Source: an uncultured virus (IMG/VR IMGVR_UViG_3300042314_001187)
Lineage: Duplodnaviria > Heunggongvirae > Uroviricota > Caudoviricetes
Length of the DNA stretch: 20,000 nucleotides
Virus record (IMG/VR): IMGVR_UViG_3300042314_001187
Location: 111,651-131,650 of that record
Strand: one strand, 5' to 3'
Below are positions 8,335 through 17,707 of the stretch, piece by piece. The notes beneath the pieces were generated by a model. The model did not search any database and was not told where the DNA came from. It was given only the letters and a program-made list of their open reading frames with translations. Made by a program: the position numbers and the translations under genes. Every line of letters starts with the position of its first letter. Position 1 is the first letter of the stretch.

Positions 8335-8362
8335 TTTACAAATTTAATATTCTAAATATATT
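8335..8362 (+). promoter_or_regulatory. Possible promoter TTTACA-N16-TATATT upstream of ORF 8369
   Basis: Resembles sigma70-type -35/-10 boxes within a 39-nt intergenic gap. The AT-rich background makes this weak. Confidence 0.3.
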
Positions 8363-8368
8363 GGTATT

Positions 8369-8986
8369 ATGGAAAAGCCAAAATTTAGAATCGGATTTGA
8401 TATTAATGGTGTTTTAAGAAATACCATTGGTAAAATAGAACAAACCTATGAGAAATATTATTTATCAAAAACCGACGGTATTGACGATGATGAAAGTTTC
8501 GAATATGAAATGAATTTACCGGTAACTTCGTTAGAGTTAAAAGAACATTTTAAATTTAAAAACGATGAAGAACTTTATTCTTTTTTGTATGAAGAATTTG
8601 CTATGGAAATTTTTGGACATGCACAATCTACTGAATATTCAACATTTAATGATTTACACAATTTATATTTAACATATCGGGACAATAATGATTTAGTTAT
8701 TGTTTCTGATGAAATTGGTAAATCAAAACCGGCAACACTATTTTTCCTATCTAAGTTTATTTGTCAGATTGAAAAAATAAAATTCTATAGTAATATAACA
8801 ATAAATTCAATGTGGGATGAGATAGATGTTTTACTTACGTCTAATCCTATATTATTATTAGATAAACCTTCAGATAAGATTGTGGTTAAGTATGAGACAG
8901 AATATAACAAAAATGTTGATTGTGAACATACCGTTAAAACATTAAACGAGTTTGATGATAAATTAAAACAACTATTAAAATGTTAA
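8369..8986 (+). CDS. HAD-fold 5'(3')-nucleotidase-like protein, atypical motif I
   Basis: RIGFDINGVLRN resembles IgiDiDGVl but has Asn at the second Asp. C-terminal YNKNVDCEHTVKTL resembles the NT5C-like tail. Confidence 0.55.
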   Translation: MEKPKFRIGFDINGVLRNTIGKIEQTYEKYYLSKTDGIDDDESFEYEMNLPVTSLELKEHFKFKNDEELYSFLYEEFAMEIFGHAQSTEYSTFNDLHNLYLTYRDNNDLVIVSDEIGKSKPATLFFLSKFICQIEKIKFYSNITINSMWDEIDVLLTSNPILLLDKPSDKIVVKYETEYNKNVDCEHTVKTLNEFDDKLKQLLKC

Positions 8987-9240
8987 AAGTATTAAATGAA
9001 CATTATTATTTAGATGTTGACAGATTGGAAGAATGTGTTAACATTGAAAAATCATCGTCAACAGGTGAAACACAAGTTAACTTAGTTAAATATGAAATGT
9101 ATAAAACTATGGTTGAAATTCTTGTGACAGAAAGTGATGAGGTTGACGAAACATTAGGAGCTAAAAGTTCTGAATTATCTATCCCTTTTAAACTCGCGTT
9201 TAATACGCTAATAAATAAAAAAATAATAAATAAGTACTAG
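8980..9240 (+). CDS. Hypothetical protein (86 aa)
   Basis: Intact ORF overlapping the upstream gene and 1 nt from the next start. Confidence 0.75.
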   Translation: MLKVLNEHYYLDVDRLEECVNIEKSSSTGETQVNLVKYEMYKTMVEILVTESDEVDETLGAKSSELSIPFKLAFNTLINKKIINKY

Positions 9241-9241
9241 T

Positions 9242-10303
9242 ATGAATCAAGAACAAATTTCAAAGGTCGAACAATCTATTGAAAACTTAAAAAACAAAAC
9301 ATCTAAAATTTATTTTATTGTACAAGACACTAAAGGAAATGCTAAAGCATCTGTTGAGTACATATATAATTTTGCTTTAGCATTACAAGAAAATGATTAC
9401 AACCCCGTTATTTTACACGAAAAATCGGATTATTTAGGTGTATCATCTTGGTTAGGTAATAAGTATGAATCATTACCTCATCAACCAATTGAAGGTGGTA
9501 CTTTACAAGTCGCACCTGATGATTTCATTGTGGTTCCTGAATTATTTGGTTTTGTTATGGAACAAATTAAACAATTACCATGCGGTAAAATTGTATTATC
9601 ACAAGCGTATGATAATATCTTAGAAACTTTAAAACCAGGTGAGACTTGGGCTCAATTTGGGTTTTTAAAATGTATTACTACGTCAGAAGAACAAAAAGAA
9701 TACATTCAACAAATTATGAAAAATGTTTCTTTTGATATTTTAAAACCATTTATTTCTGATGAATTTAAACCTAATTCATTACCGGCAAAACCAATTGTAT
9801 CGGTTCATTCTAGAGACCAAAGAGATACTGTTAATTTAATTAAAACATTTTATGTTAAATATCCACAATATAGATGGATAACATTACGAGATTTAAGAGG
9901 TTTATCTAAAGATGAATTTGCTGAGAAATTAAGTGAAGGGTTTGTTTCTGTTTGGATTGATGAAACAAGTTCATATGGCACATATCCACTAGAATCATTG
10001 AAGTCAAATGTTCCTGTAATTGGTTTAGTACCTAATATATTACCATCGTGGATTAATGAAAATAACGGTATTTGGGTTAACAATAAAACACATTTAGTTG
10101 ATGTAATTGCTGACCATTTACAAAATTGGTTAGAAGACAACATTAGTGATGAATTATTCACTAATATGAATGAAACAGTTAATTCTTTACAATCTAAAGA
10201 AGATTTTAATAAACAATCGGTTTCTTTATTTGATGAATATTTTTCTATTAGATTAAAATCATTTGAAGACCAAATCTCTAAACTACAAACAATAGAAGAA
10301 TAA
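9242..10303 (+). CDS. GT-B fold (GT4-like) glycosyltransferase
   Basis: KIYFIV, DFIVVPE, and C-terminal SSYGTYPLESLKSNVPVIG (EgFG.pplEAma.g.PVi motif). Confidence 0.65.
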   Translation: MNQEQISKVEQSIENLKNKTSKIYFIVQDTKGNAKASVEYIYNFALALQENDYNPVILHEKSDYLGVSSWLGNKYESLPHQPIEGGTLQVAPDDFIVVPELFGFVMEQIKQLPCGKIVLSQAYDNILETLKPGETWAQFGFLKCITTSEEQKEYIQQIMKNVSFDILKPFISDEFKPNSLPAKPIVSVHSRDQRDTVNLIKTFYVKYPQYRWITLRDLRGLSKDEFAEKLSEGFVSVWIDETSSYGTYPLESLKSNVPVIGLVPNILPSWINENNGIWVNNKTHLVDVIADHLQNWLEDNISDELFTNMNETVNSLQSKEDFNKQSVSLFDEYFSIRLKSFEDQISKLQTIEE

Positions 10304-10304
10304 T

Positions 10305-11108
10305 ATGGAAAAATTTGATGTATCAGTAATCTTACCTATTAAATCGTCAAAAAATCTTAATTTTGATGAATACTTTAATAAGGCAATTCAATCAATTAAA
10401 AATCAAAAATTAGGAATCAATGAATTGATTATAGTTCATACAAATGAAACGTCATTAGTTGAATATTTAAACTCATTTGATTTTGGTGATATTAAAGTTG
10501 AGAAAGTAGAATGGACTAAAGAACCCAATTACGCATCACAAATTAACTACGGTGCTCGTTCAGCAAATTCTAAATGGGTTTCTTTATTCGAATTTGATGA
10601 TGAGTATTCATCAATTTGGTTTAAAAATGTTGCAAAATATGTTGAATCATATCCTGAGTATGATGCGTTTTTACCAATAGTTGTTGATACTACAGATAAA
10701 GAAATATTTGCGGGGTTTACAAATGAGGCAACATTTGCAGCTAACTTCAGTAGTGAAATGGGAGTATTAACTAACGAAACGTTACAGTCATATCAGAACT
10801 TTCAACCATCAGGTATTGTTATTAAAAAAGATAAATTTCTTGATTTTGGTTTAATTAAACCTTCAATCAAATTAACGTTTGGTTATGAATTTTTCTTACG
10901 TATGACATATAACTCAGTTAAAATTATGTCAATTCCAAGAATAGGATACAAACACACAAATTTACGTGAGGGGTCTATCTTTTGGAATTACAAAAATGGT
11001 GAGAATGTGTTAACTGATGATGAGGTTAGTTTTTGGGTTGATTCGGCTAAGAAAGAATATTTCTTCATTAATGACAGAGCCATAAAATATGAACCCCAAG
11101 AAATTTAA
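10305..11108 (+). CDS. GT2-family glycosyltransferase
   Basis: DVSVILPI, AIQSIKNQ, NELIIV, INYGARSANSKWVSLFEFDDEY (EFDD at the DxD site) and IPRIGYKH. Confidence 0.75.
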   Translation: MEKFDVSVILPIKSSKNLNFDEYFNKAIQSIKNQKLGINELIIVHTNETSLVEYLNSFDFGDIKVEKVEWTKEPNYASQINYGARSANSKWVSLFEFDDEYSSIWFKNVAKYVESYPEYDAFLPIVVDTTDKEIFAGFTNEATFAANFSSEMGVLTNETLQSYQNFQPSGIVIKKDKFLDFGLIKPSIKLTFGYEFFLRMTYNSVKIMSIPRIGYKHTNLREGSIFWNYKNGENVLTDDEVSFWVDSAKKEYFFINDRAIKYEPQEI

Positions 11109-11854
11109 TGAGTACTAATGAAGTAGTAAATGAAACAAGTACGGAGTTAAAAAAGAAAGGTAGAAAACCAACACAAGAAAATTATTTTGATGTTAGAGAG
11201 GAGTTAGCGGTTATAAATTATTTAACCGCTTCTTCATTTGAAGAAAAGAATAAAATTTACAATGACTTTTTACGTAAACCTTTAGATAAGATGATATCTT
11301 CAATTATTCGAAGATATAAATTATATAGAAAAGATATGGATTTCTATGAAATACATATAGACACACACTCCTTTTTAATGACCAAAATAGATAAGTTCAA
11401 ACCTTCAAAAGAAAAGAAGGCATATTCTTATTTTGGAACTATCTGTAAAAATTATTTGATGGGTCAAATAATTAAAGACCAAAAAGAGACTAATCGAAAA
11501 ATTTCATATGAAGATATATCGTATGATTTAGAAAATAGTAATGATTTTGCGTATCATATTGAAAGTGATGTGATTGATGCCACAACAATAATAAATCAAT
11601 TTTTAATTGAGTTAGACGAATTTTTAAAGTCACCTAATTTATCTGAAAATGAAATTAAATTAGGACACGCACTATATGATTTATTTGATAATTATAATGA
11701 AGTTTTTATCGGTAATGATAACAATAAATTTAATAAAAATATTGTGTTACTATCGTTAAGAGAGATGACAAATTTATCAACAAAAGAAATAAGAAGTTCT
11801 ATGAAAAAGTTCAAGAACATATATTATTGCTTAATACAGAAAATGGTTAAATAA
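11108..11854 (+). CDS. Phage sigma factor, T4 gp55-like (late transcription)
   Basis: Sigma region-2-like segment KIDKFKPSKEKKAYSYFGTICKNYL (gp55-type ..nFdP.k..npfaYFTqi) with an upstream NYF motif. Confidence 0.65.
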   Translation: MSTNEVVNETSTELKKKGRKPTQENYFDVREELAVINYLTASSFEEKNKIYNDFLRKPLDKMISSIIRRYKLYRKDMDFYEIHIDTHSFLMTKIDKFKPSKEKKAYSYFGTICKNYLMGQIIKDQKETNRKISYEDISYDLENSNDFAYHIESDVIDATTIINQFLIELDEFLKSPNLSENEIKLGHALYDLFDNYNEVFIGNDNNKFNKNIVLLSLREMTNLSTKEIRSSMKKFKNIYYCLIQKMVK

Positions 11855-11855
11855 G

Positions 11856-11863
11856 TATTTATG
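11856..11863 (+). promoter_or_regulatory. TATTTAT motif (candidate late promoter) upstream of ORF 11869
   Basis: TATTTATG fills most of the 14-nt gap at the head of the putative structural block. Confidence 0.4.
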
Positions 11864-11868
11864 TTATT

Positions 11869-12246
11869 ATGGGAAGACCGGCAAAAAAAGAAATTAATTT
11901 AACTAAAGAATCTATCTTATCGTTAATGCAAGAAATCTACAATGAACTTGTGGAACAAAGAAATACTGCAATCAGAATACAAAATAAAATGTTGTCCTTA
12001 ATGAAGGAGGTTGAGGATATGACTTTGATTGGTCCTATTATTGAAAAACAACAAAAAATCATAAATGAATGTGTCGAGAAAAAACTTTCTCTATCTAAAT
12101 TACAATCAAGTATTTGGGAAAAAACTAATACAACAACAAACAATGACAATTTTACACTATCAGATATTGATTTAGATGATGATGTTATTAAAAGTTTGAT
12201 TGATAAAGATACTGACACATCAAAGGGTTCTTATAAATTAAAATAA
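11869..12246 (+). CDS. Hypothetical helical/coiled-coil protein (125 aa)
   Basis: Intact ORF with basic N-terminus, heptad-like core and acidic tail. Confidence 0.75.
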   Translation: MGRPAKKEINLTKESILSLMQEIYNELVEQRNTAIRIQNKMLSLMKEVEDMTLIGPIIEKQQKIINECVEKKLSLSKLQSSIWEKTNTTTNNDNFTLSDIDLDDDVIKSLIDKDTDTSKGSYKLK

Positions 12247-12247
12247 T

Positions 12248-14179
12248 ATGGGGTTAGATTTAGATAGTAGTTATAAAGAAGTTAAAGATAAAATTAATTC
12301 GGCTAAAGCGTATACTGATTTAAAAAGTCAATATGATTCCTTAAAGAAAAGTGCGGGTAATTCATTTGATGAACGTAAAGATTTAGCGGAACAAAAAATC
12401 AATGATTTAAAGGCGAATGCTAAAAAGTATCAAAAAGAATTAAAAAATCAATTCGAACAATTGCTTGATATTAAAAAAGTTCTTTCGGGTAAAGGTGGTA
12501 GTACCACAAAATATTTAAAAAGACTTTTAATGAGGACTCTACGTAAAGTGGAGCCAAAAATTGCTAACATATTAATGGCGGAATGTTTATCGGTTGTTGG
12601 TTGTGACCAACAACAAGCGTTCTCACCACAAGTGTTATATATTAAAGTTAGTTCAATTGACTTAGGTAAATTATTAAGAAAAGATTATCAAACAAGTCCG
12701 GGTAAAGCGTTGTATGAAAAACAACCATTAAGTGCAACACAATCGTATCCATATCCAATGAATAAACAATTATACCAACGTATCCAAAGTAACGACCCAT
12801 ATTCAACAGATAATGGGGGTTCATTATATATGGGTAGGTCAGGTCAACCATTATTTGACATTGAGTATACTGAAGTAAATGATTTGGGTGAAACAGGTAG
12901 TTTTTATAAAGTAACTTTACAACAAAGGGTTACGTTGAACCGTTTAAATAATGTCGGAGAATTTATTCAAGATTATTATAAAACAATTAAAGTTGTTGAT
13001 TTTAATTCAACATTAGCGTGGATTTTAGAATGTTTGTTAGGTGCAATCTCAATTCAAGGGGATGTTGGTCTTAAACAAGTTGAAGATGTTAGTAAAGTAA
13101 TGGCTATAATTCAAAGAATCTTAGGTATCTGTTTTGACAATAGAAAAACTATTGATGTTAGTGGTGTTGCTAAATTATCTGAAATTGACGATACTGATAA
13201 TTCATTTTACGAATTAAATAGTATGGATTTACGTAAGATAGAAGAAAGAGTTAGTAATATTAAGAATGGTGTAGTTAAATTTGTAACCTGTAATAATGTT
13301 GCATTACCATTAGATACTAATACAATCTTTGAAGCGTTAGATAATATCACATTTATTGAGGATGAGGATAAACAAATTGATGCTGCGGATAAACTGACTG
13401 ACGATATTGTAAATAACCCTGATTGGAATGGGTTTGCTCTTGACGGTAGTTTAAAAGCCGAATTAGATTTGAACTTCATAAAAAATATGATAATGGGATT
13501 GGCAATATCTTTATTCTCACCCAAAATTTTATTACCGTTAGCCGTAATGTTAAAAGCGTTAGGTAACACAATTTTAGAATCAATTAAATCTTTTTCAGAT
13601 TTTGTTAAAAGATTTTCCACATTTTTTAAAAATGTTGTATCTAAAATTGCCGGAATTTTTATTAAAGAATTATTTAAAGAAATTAAAAAAGATATTCGTA
13701 ATTTAATACAATCAATTTTAGTTGATTTAGCAAAAGAAAAAGCATCTAAAAAAATTACTCTAATTTTAAAATTGATTCAGTTATTAATAACTATTGGTCA
13801 GTTTATTAGTGATTGGAGAGAATGTAAAAGTGTGGTTGATGAAATATTATGGTTACTCAAGATAGCCACTTCGTCTTGGGGAGGGTTATCCGCACAAAAT
13901 GATATTCCATTACCACTATTGTTTGCCGCCCAATTATTAGATGGGTTCTCAGAAACTAGAGCATTTATTAATACAATTCAGGAGTTACAAAAAGTGGGTA
14001 TACCAACTGGCCCTATGCCGGATGGTAGTCCTAATTTAACAGTGTTGAGTATGTATTCGTCAATAAAAGGACAAGGTTCTGAAATGTCAAACTCAAAAAT
14101 ACAAGTGGCGATACCACCATTAACGATGACACCGGCTGGATTTACAATACCTTCGGCAGGGTATGGACTTTCAATGTAA
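12248..14179 (+). CDS. Large hypothetical protein (643 aa), probably virion-associated
   Basis: N-terminal coiled coil, hydrophobic helical segments in the C-terminal third and a Pro/Gly-rich tail. Lies just upstream of the spike gene. Confidence 0.6.
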   Translation: MGLDLDSSYKEVKDKINSAKAYTDLKSQYDSLKKSAGNSFDERKDLAEQKINDLKANAKKYQKELKNQFEQLLDIKKVLSGKGGSTTKYLKRLLMRTLRKVEPKIANILMAECLSVVGCDQQQAFSPQVLYIKVSSIDLGKLLRKDYQTSPGKALYEKQPLSATQSYPYPMNKQLYQRIQSNDPYSTDNGGSLYMGRSGQPLFDIEYTEVNDLGETGSFYKVTLQQRVTLNRLNNVGEFIQDYYKTIKVVDFNSTLAWILECLLGAISIQGDVGLKQVEDVSKVMAIIQRILGICFDNRKTIDVSGVAKLSEIDDTDNSFYELNSMDLRKIEERVSNIKNGVVKFVTCNNVALPLDTNTIFEALDNITFIEDEDKQIDAADKLTDDIVNNPDWNGFALDGSLKAELDLNFIKNMIMGLAISLFSPKILLPLAVMLKALGNTILESIKSFSDFVKRFSTFFKNVVSKIAGIFIKELFKEIKKDIRNLIQSILVDLAKEKASKKITLILKLIQLLITIGQFISDWRECKSVVDEILWLLKIATSSWGGLSAQNDIPLPLLFAAQLLDGFSETRAFINTIQELQKVGIPTGPMPDGSPNLTVLSMYSSIKGQGSEMSNSKIQVAIPPLTMTPAGFTIPSAGYGLSM

Positions 14180-14187
14180 ACAAAATT

Positions 14188-14406
14188 ATGACTAAAGAAG
14201 ATGTTGCAAAAAAAACAATTGATGTTATAAATAACCCCTCAAATTCGTCTAATAGTGATTTACAAATGGCTATGGATGTAATTCAAAAAGATTTTGAAAC
14301 AGTTAAAAATGATATTATAAAATTAACTTATCATTTGGATAGTTTAGAAGAGACTTATAATAAAATATTAAAAGAATATAACACAAGAAATGGGGTCAGA
14401 AAATAA
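14188..14406 (+). CDS. Small coiled-coil hypothetical protein (72 aa)
   Basis: Intact ORF with heptad pattern, overlapping the spike gene start by 17 nt. Confidence 0.7.
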   Translation: MTKEDVAKKTIDVINNPSNSSNSDLQMAMDVIQKDFETVKNDIIKLTYHLDSLEETYNKILKEYNTRNGVRK

Positions 14407-16018
14407 TTCATCACAAAATCAAATAATGTTCCCTGGGTTTGTTTACAAAAACGATGACCCAATGGTTTTGGGTAGACTTAGAGTTTTACCTGAAGGTAAA
14501 AAATATGAAGATATGATTCGTGCTATTACCGATTGGAATGAAGAAATTGACCCTTGGACTTCAAAAGACCCAATTTTACATTTACCTTTATTACCGTTTT
14601 TTATAAGTGTAAACCCTAAACCTAATGAGTACGTTCATATTATTTATCAGAATAAAGATTTCCCAACTCAAAACCAATTTTATATTCCGGGTGTATTGTC
14701 ATCACCAATGGCTTCAACATTTGAAAATTATGTTGGGAGTAAAAAGTTTTTGTCTTGGGGTGACCGTATTAAACAAACATTATCTTTAAAGGATAATAAG
14801 AATGAATATCGTAAAAAGGAAAGTGAAGGTATATTCCCACAACCTGAAGATAATGCGATGTTGGGTAGAGGAACTTCTGATTTAATATTAAAAGATAATG
14901 AAGTTTTATTACGTGCTGGAAAAGTTAAAAATTTAAACCCAAATGTTTTACCTGTCGGTAATCCTAATCGGGCTTTTTTACAATTAAGTAGATTTGAGCA
15001 GAAGAAAATTCAACTACCTAGTGAAACACAGGGTAGGGTGAAAACTGAAGTTCAAGTTGTTAAAAAAGCGATTATTTGGAATATTCTAAATTTAGATAAT
15101 GAACAAGATTCATTCACAGGTGATGTGGGATTATATAACGTTAAACCATCAAAAAATGTTAACACATTTAATTTTACCATTGATAGTATTTTGACGTTAT
15201 CAAATGGTGTTGATTATTCAGGACCAATAGAAACTGTAAGGTTTGTTGGTAAAACATATCAAGAAACGATTAGTTTAATTAATGATTTTATTAAAGGTGT
15301 TATTAATGAATTTACCAATTATAAATTACCGGTAAATAACAAAAAAAATGCTGCTCCCGAAACTACATTCCCTTTAATTGTAACCCCATCAAAGACAACT
15401 TTTCGGGAATCTCAAAAATTTAAATCTTTTCAAAACCCGAATAACACTCTTGACATTAATGGACTTAAAACTGATTCGACAGTTGTTACTAACTATACCA
15501 AATTTATGGCCGGTATAACACCAGGATTTTTAAGTACAAAACGAGGGTTTTTTACTGTCTATGGTGTTAAAGATGGAACACCAATTGTAACCCCACCAAT
15601 AAAACCATTATTTGAAGTTGTTAATCTTTTTAAATTTAGTCAAACTGAAGATGTTACATACGCAACTTTAGGTGCTCAAAAATTATATTTACTTTCTCAC
15701 GACTCAGATGGACCTAATGGTAAGATATCATTATCCAATACTTTATACGGTATCCCACAAGATATGTTTGTGGGTGGATTAGGTAAATCGGGAACTAAAG
15801 ATAGTATTAACTCCAAAACTTACCCTATGGTAAGGGGTGATAAGTTGATGGAATTGTTAACAAAAATTGTGGAATTCTTAGCAGGACACGTTCATTCAAT
15901 CTCAACATTACCCCCTGTTCCAATATCATCAGGTAGTGGACAATCTATTGATGAGATATTTCAAATACTTGCTGACGCAGAAAATCAAGTTCTTAATCAA
16001 AATATTAGATTAAATTGA
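14390..16018 (+). CDS. Baseplate central spike protein (gp5/VgrG/gpV-like OB fold with C-terminal HxH apex)
   Basis: N-terminal GFVYKNDDPMVLGRLRV and PKPNEYVHII match the gp5 OB-fold pattern. C-terminal VRGDKLMELL...GHVH matches the iron-binding HxH tip of P2 gpV/phi92 gp138-type spikes. Confidence 0.75.
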   Translation: MGSENNSSQNQIMFPGFVYKNDDPMVLGRLRVLPEGKKYEDMIRAITDWNEEIDPWTSKDPILHLPLLPFFISVNPKPNEYVHIIYQNKDFPTQNQFYIPGVLSSPMASTFENYVGSKKFLSWGDRIKQTLSLKDNKNEYRKKESEGIFPQPEDNAMLGRGTSDLILKDNEVLLRAGKVKNLNPNVLPVGNPNRAFLQLSRFEQKKIQLPSETQGRVKTEVQVVKKAIIWNILNLDNEQDSFTGDVGLYNVKPSKNVNTFNFTIDSILTLSNGVDYSGPIETVRFVGKTYQETISLINDFIKGVINEFTNYKLPVNNKKNAAPETTFPLIVTPSKTTFRESQKFKSFQNPNNTLDINGLKTDSTVVTNYTKFMAGITPGFLSTKRGFFTVYGVKDGTPIVTPPIKPLFEVVNLFKFSQTEDVTYATLGAQKLYLLSHDSDGPNGKISLSNTLYGIPQDMFVGGLGKSGTKDSINSKTYPMVRGDKLMELLTKIVEFLAGHVHSISTLPPVPISSGSGQSIDEIFQILADAENQVLNQNIRLN

Positions 16019-16026
16019 TATTTATA
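16019..16026 (+). promoter_or_regulatory. TATTTATA candidate late promoter upstream of ORF 16040
   Basis: Exact motif immediately after the upstream stop, 13 nt before the ATG. Confidence 0.55.
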
Positions 16027-16039
16027 TGTAAAAGATAAG

Positions 16040-17488
16040 ATGTCAATAAATAATTCATATTTTAGTAAGAACAACACCATCATATCAAATAGTTATACGA
16101 ATACAGGTAGAAACCCTGTTACCGAACTATTTTATGGGTCAGTAATAAACACACAATATCCGTATGGTTTTAGTCGTTTTATTTTCGACCTTGACTTAGA
16201 TTTACTAATCGAAAAATACCAAGATGGTACAATTTCAGACCAATGTGGTAATATAACCCACACGTTAAGAATGATTAATACTTCAACATTTAATGATTAC
16301 TTAAATACAAGTACATCTCAAGGTAGACAAAGAGCAACATCGTTTGATTTAGTGTTATTTAGAATACCATCACCACAACTTTGGGATGAAGGTGTTGGTT
16401 ATGATTTCGCAGATTTAATCTATGAAATTGCTAACGATAAAAATTATTCGATAAGACCAACAAATTGGTTTCAAAGAACAACATTAGATAATTGGAGTCA
16501 ACAAGGGATTTATAATAATAAAGGTACAGGTGTTGTTAATTATTCGGATTTAACAATCCTTGATGTTCAACATTTCGAATTTGGAAATGAAAACATTGCA
16601 TTTGATATGTCAAATGAAATAAACTCAATTCTTGATGGGACTTTAACTAACGTTTCAGGTTGGGGAATTGCTTTTAAACCTCAATTAGAAAATCTAACAG
16701 GTTTGACTGAAAACTATGAAGTTCAATTCTTCACTAGACATACCCAAACATTTTATGAACCTTACTTAGAGACATCATATGATGATTTAATTGAAGATGA
16801 TAGAAATTTATTCACGTTGGGTAAAACTAACAAATTATATTTATATGTATATGACGATGGAAATCCAGCTAACTTGGATTCTAACCCCTCAGTTACTATT
16901 AGTGACTCAACAGGCACTCCTATACCTGGTTTAACATCACTTTCTACGTGTAAAAAAACTAAAGGGATATATGAAGTTACAATACCGCCTTTAATTGGTT
17001 ATAAAACACCTTGTACGTTTTTTGATAAATGGAGTGGTTTATATCTAAATGGATTCCCGATATTAGATATCCAAAATGAGTTTACAATTTATCCAACTAA
17101 AAATTCAATTCAAATAGGTTCAACCTCATCCGCAGACCCAAAATTATATGGATTTGATTTTTATGGTTTAAAACAAGACGAAAAAATTTATAACACGGAT
17201 ATTCGTAAAGTGGGGGTAATAATTAAACAAGCGTTCACAAAACAAAAATTATTACAAAAAGTCGATGCTTATTATAGAATATATGTGAGAGAAGGTCAAA
17301 CCGAAGTTGAGGTTCAAGATTGGACTAAAATTAACCGAACACCTAATGAGTATTTTTTTATATTCGACACTAGAGATAAAATACCTAACGAATATTATGT
17401 TGATATGAAAGTTATTAGTAGTGGTGAAATAAACACTTACAAAAAACAAATCAAATTTCAGATAGTTAACATAAAATATTTAGAATAA
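16040..17488 (+). CDS. Probable virion structural protein, beta-rich multi-domain (482 aa)
   Basis: Thr/Ser/Asn/Gly/aromatic-rich with alternating beta-strand patterns. Downstream of the spike and preceded by TATTTATA. Confidence 0.55.
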   Translation: MSINNSYFSKNNTIISNSYTNTGRNPVTELFYGSVINTQYPYGFSRFIFDLDLDLLIEKYQDGTISDQCGNITHTLRMINTSTFNDYLNTSTSQGRQRATSFDLVLFRIPSPQLWDEGVGYDFADLIYEIANDKNYSIRPTNWFQRTTLDNWSQQGIYNNKGTGVVNYSDLTILDVQHFEFGNENIAFDMSNEINSILDGTLTNVSGWGIAFKPQLENLTGLTENYEVQFFTRHTQTFYEPYLETSYDDLIEDDRNLFTLGKTNKLYLYVYDDGNPANLDSNPSVTISDSTGTPIPGLTSLSTCKKTKGIYEVTIPPLIGYKTPCTFFDKWSGLYLNGFPILDIQNEFTIYPTKNSIQIGSTSSADPKLYGFDFYGLKQDEKIYNTDIRKVGVIIKQAFTKQKLLQKVDAYYRIYVREGQTEVEVQDWTKINRTPNEYFFIFDTRDKIPNEYYVDMKVISSGEINTYKKQIKFQIVNIKYLE

Positions 17489-17493
17489 ACTAA

Positions 17494-17501
17494 TATTTAT
17501 A
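17494..17501 (+). promoter_or_regulatory. TATTTATA candidate late promoter upstream of small ORF 17517
   Basis: Exact motif 15 nt before the ATG. Confidence 0.55.
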
Positions 17502-17516
17502 ATAAAAAACATTAAA

Positions 17517-17684
17517 ATGGCGAATTTAAGTGCAAATACTGAAAATATTGTGTGTATAGTTAATTGTAGTGGTAATACCGCAACTATAACACCACCACAT
17601 CCTGTGTATAATGGTATATCAGGAAATACTGTCACTCAATTAAATATGATTGAGTTAGGTGGTCAAAACGGATTAAACGCATAA
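17517..17684 (+). CDS. Small protein (55 aa) absent from the ORF track: MANLSANTENIVCIVNCSGNTATITPPHPVYNGISGNTVTQLNMIELGGQNGLNA
   Basis: Translated manually. Has its own TATTTATA motif, an A-rich leader (ATTAAAATG), tandem TAATAA stops and a following terminator. Confidence 0.8.
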   Translation: MANLSANTENIVCIVNCSGNTATITPPHPVYNGISGNTVTQLNMIELGGQNGLNA

Positions 17685-17707
17685 TAAAAATTGTATTATT
17701 TAATTAT

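Noticed and set aside
1713..17449. Minus-strand ORFs 1713-2039, 4735-4965, 7816-8052, 9850-10161, 11937-12218, 12648-12851, 13207-13620 and 17252-17449
   Set aside because: All lie wholly inside longer + strand genes and have no recognisable motifs. They are shadow ORFs.
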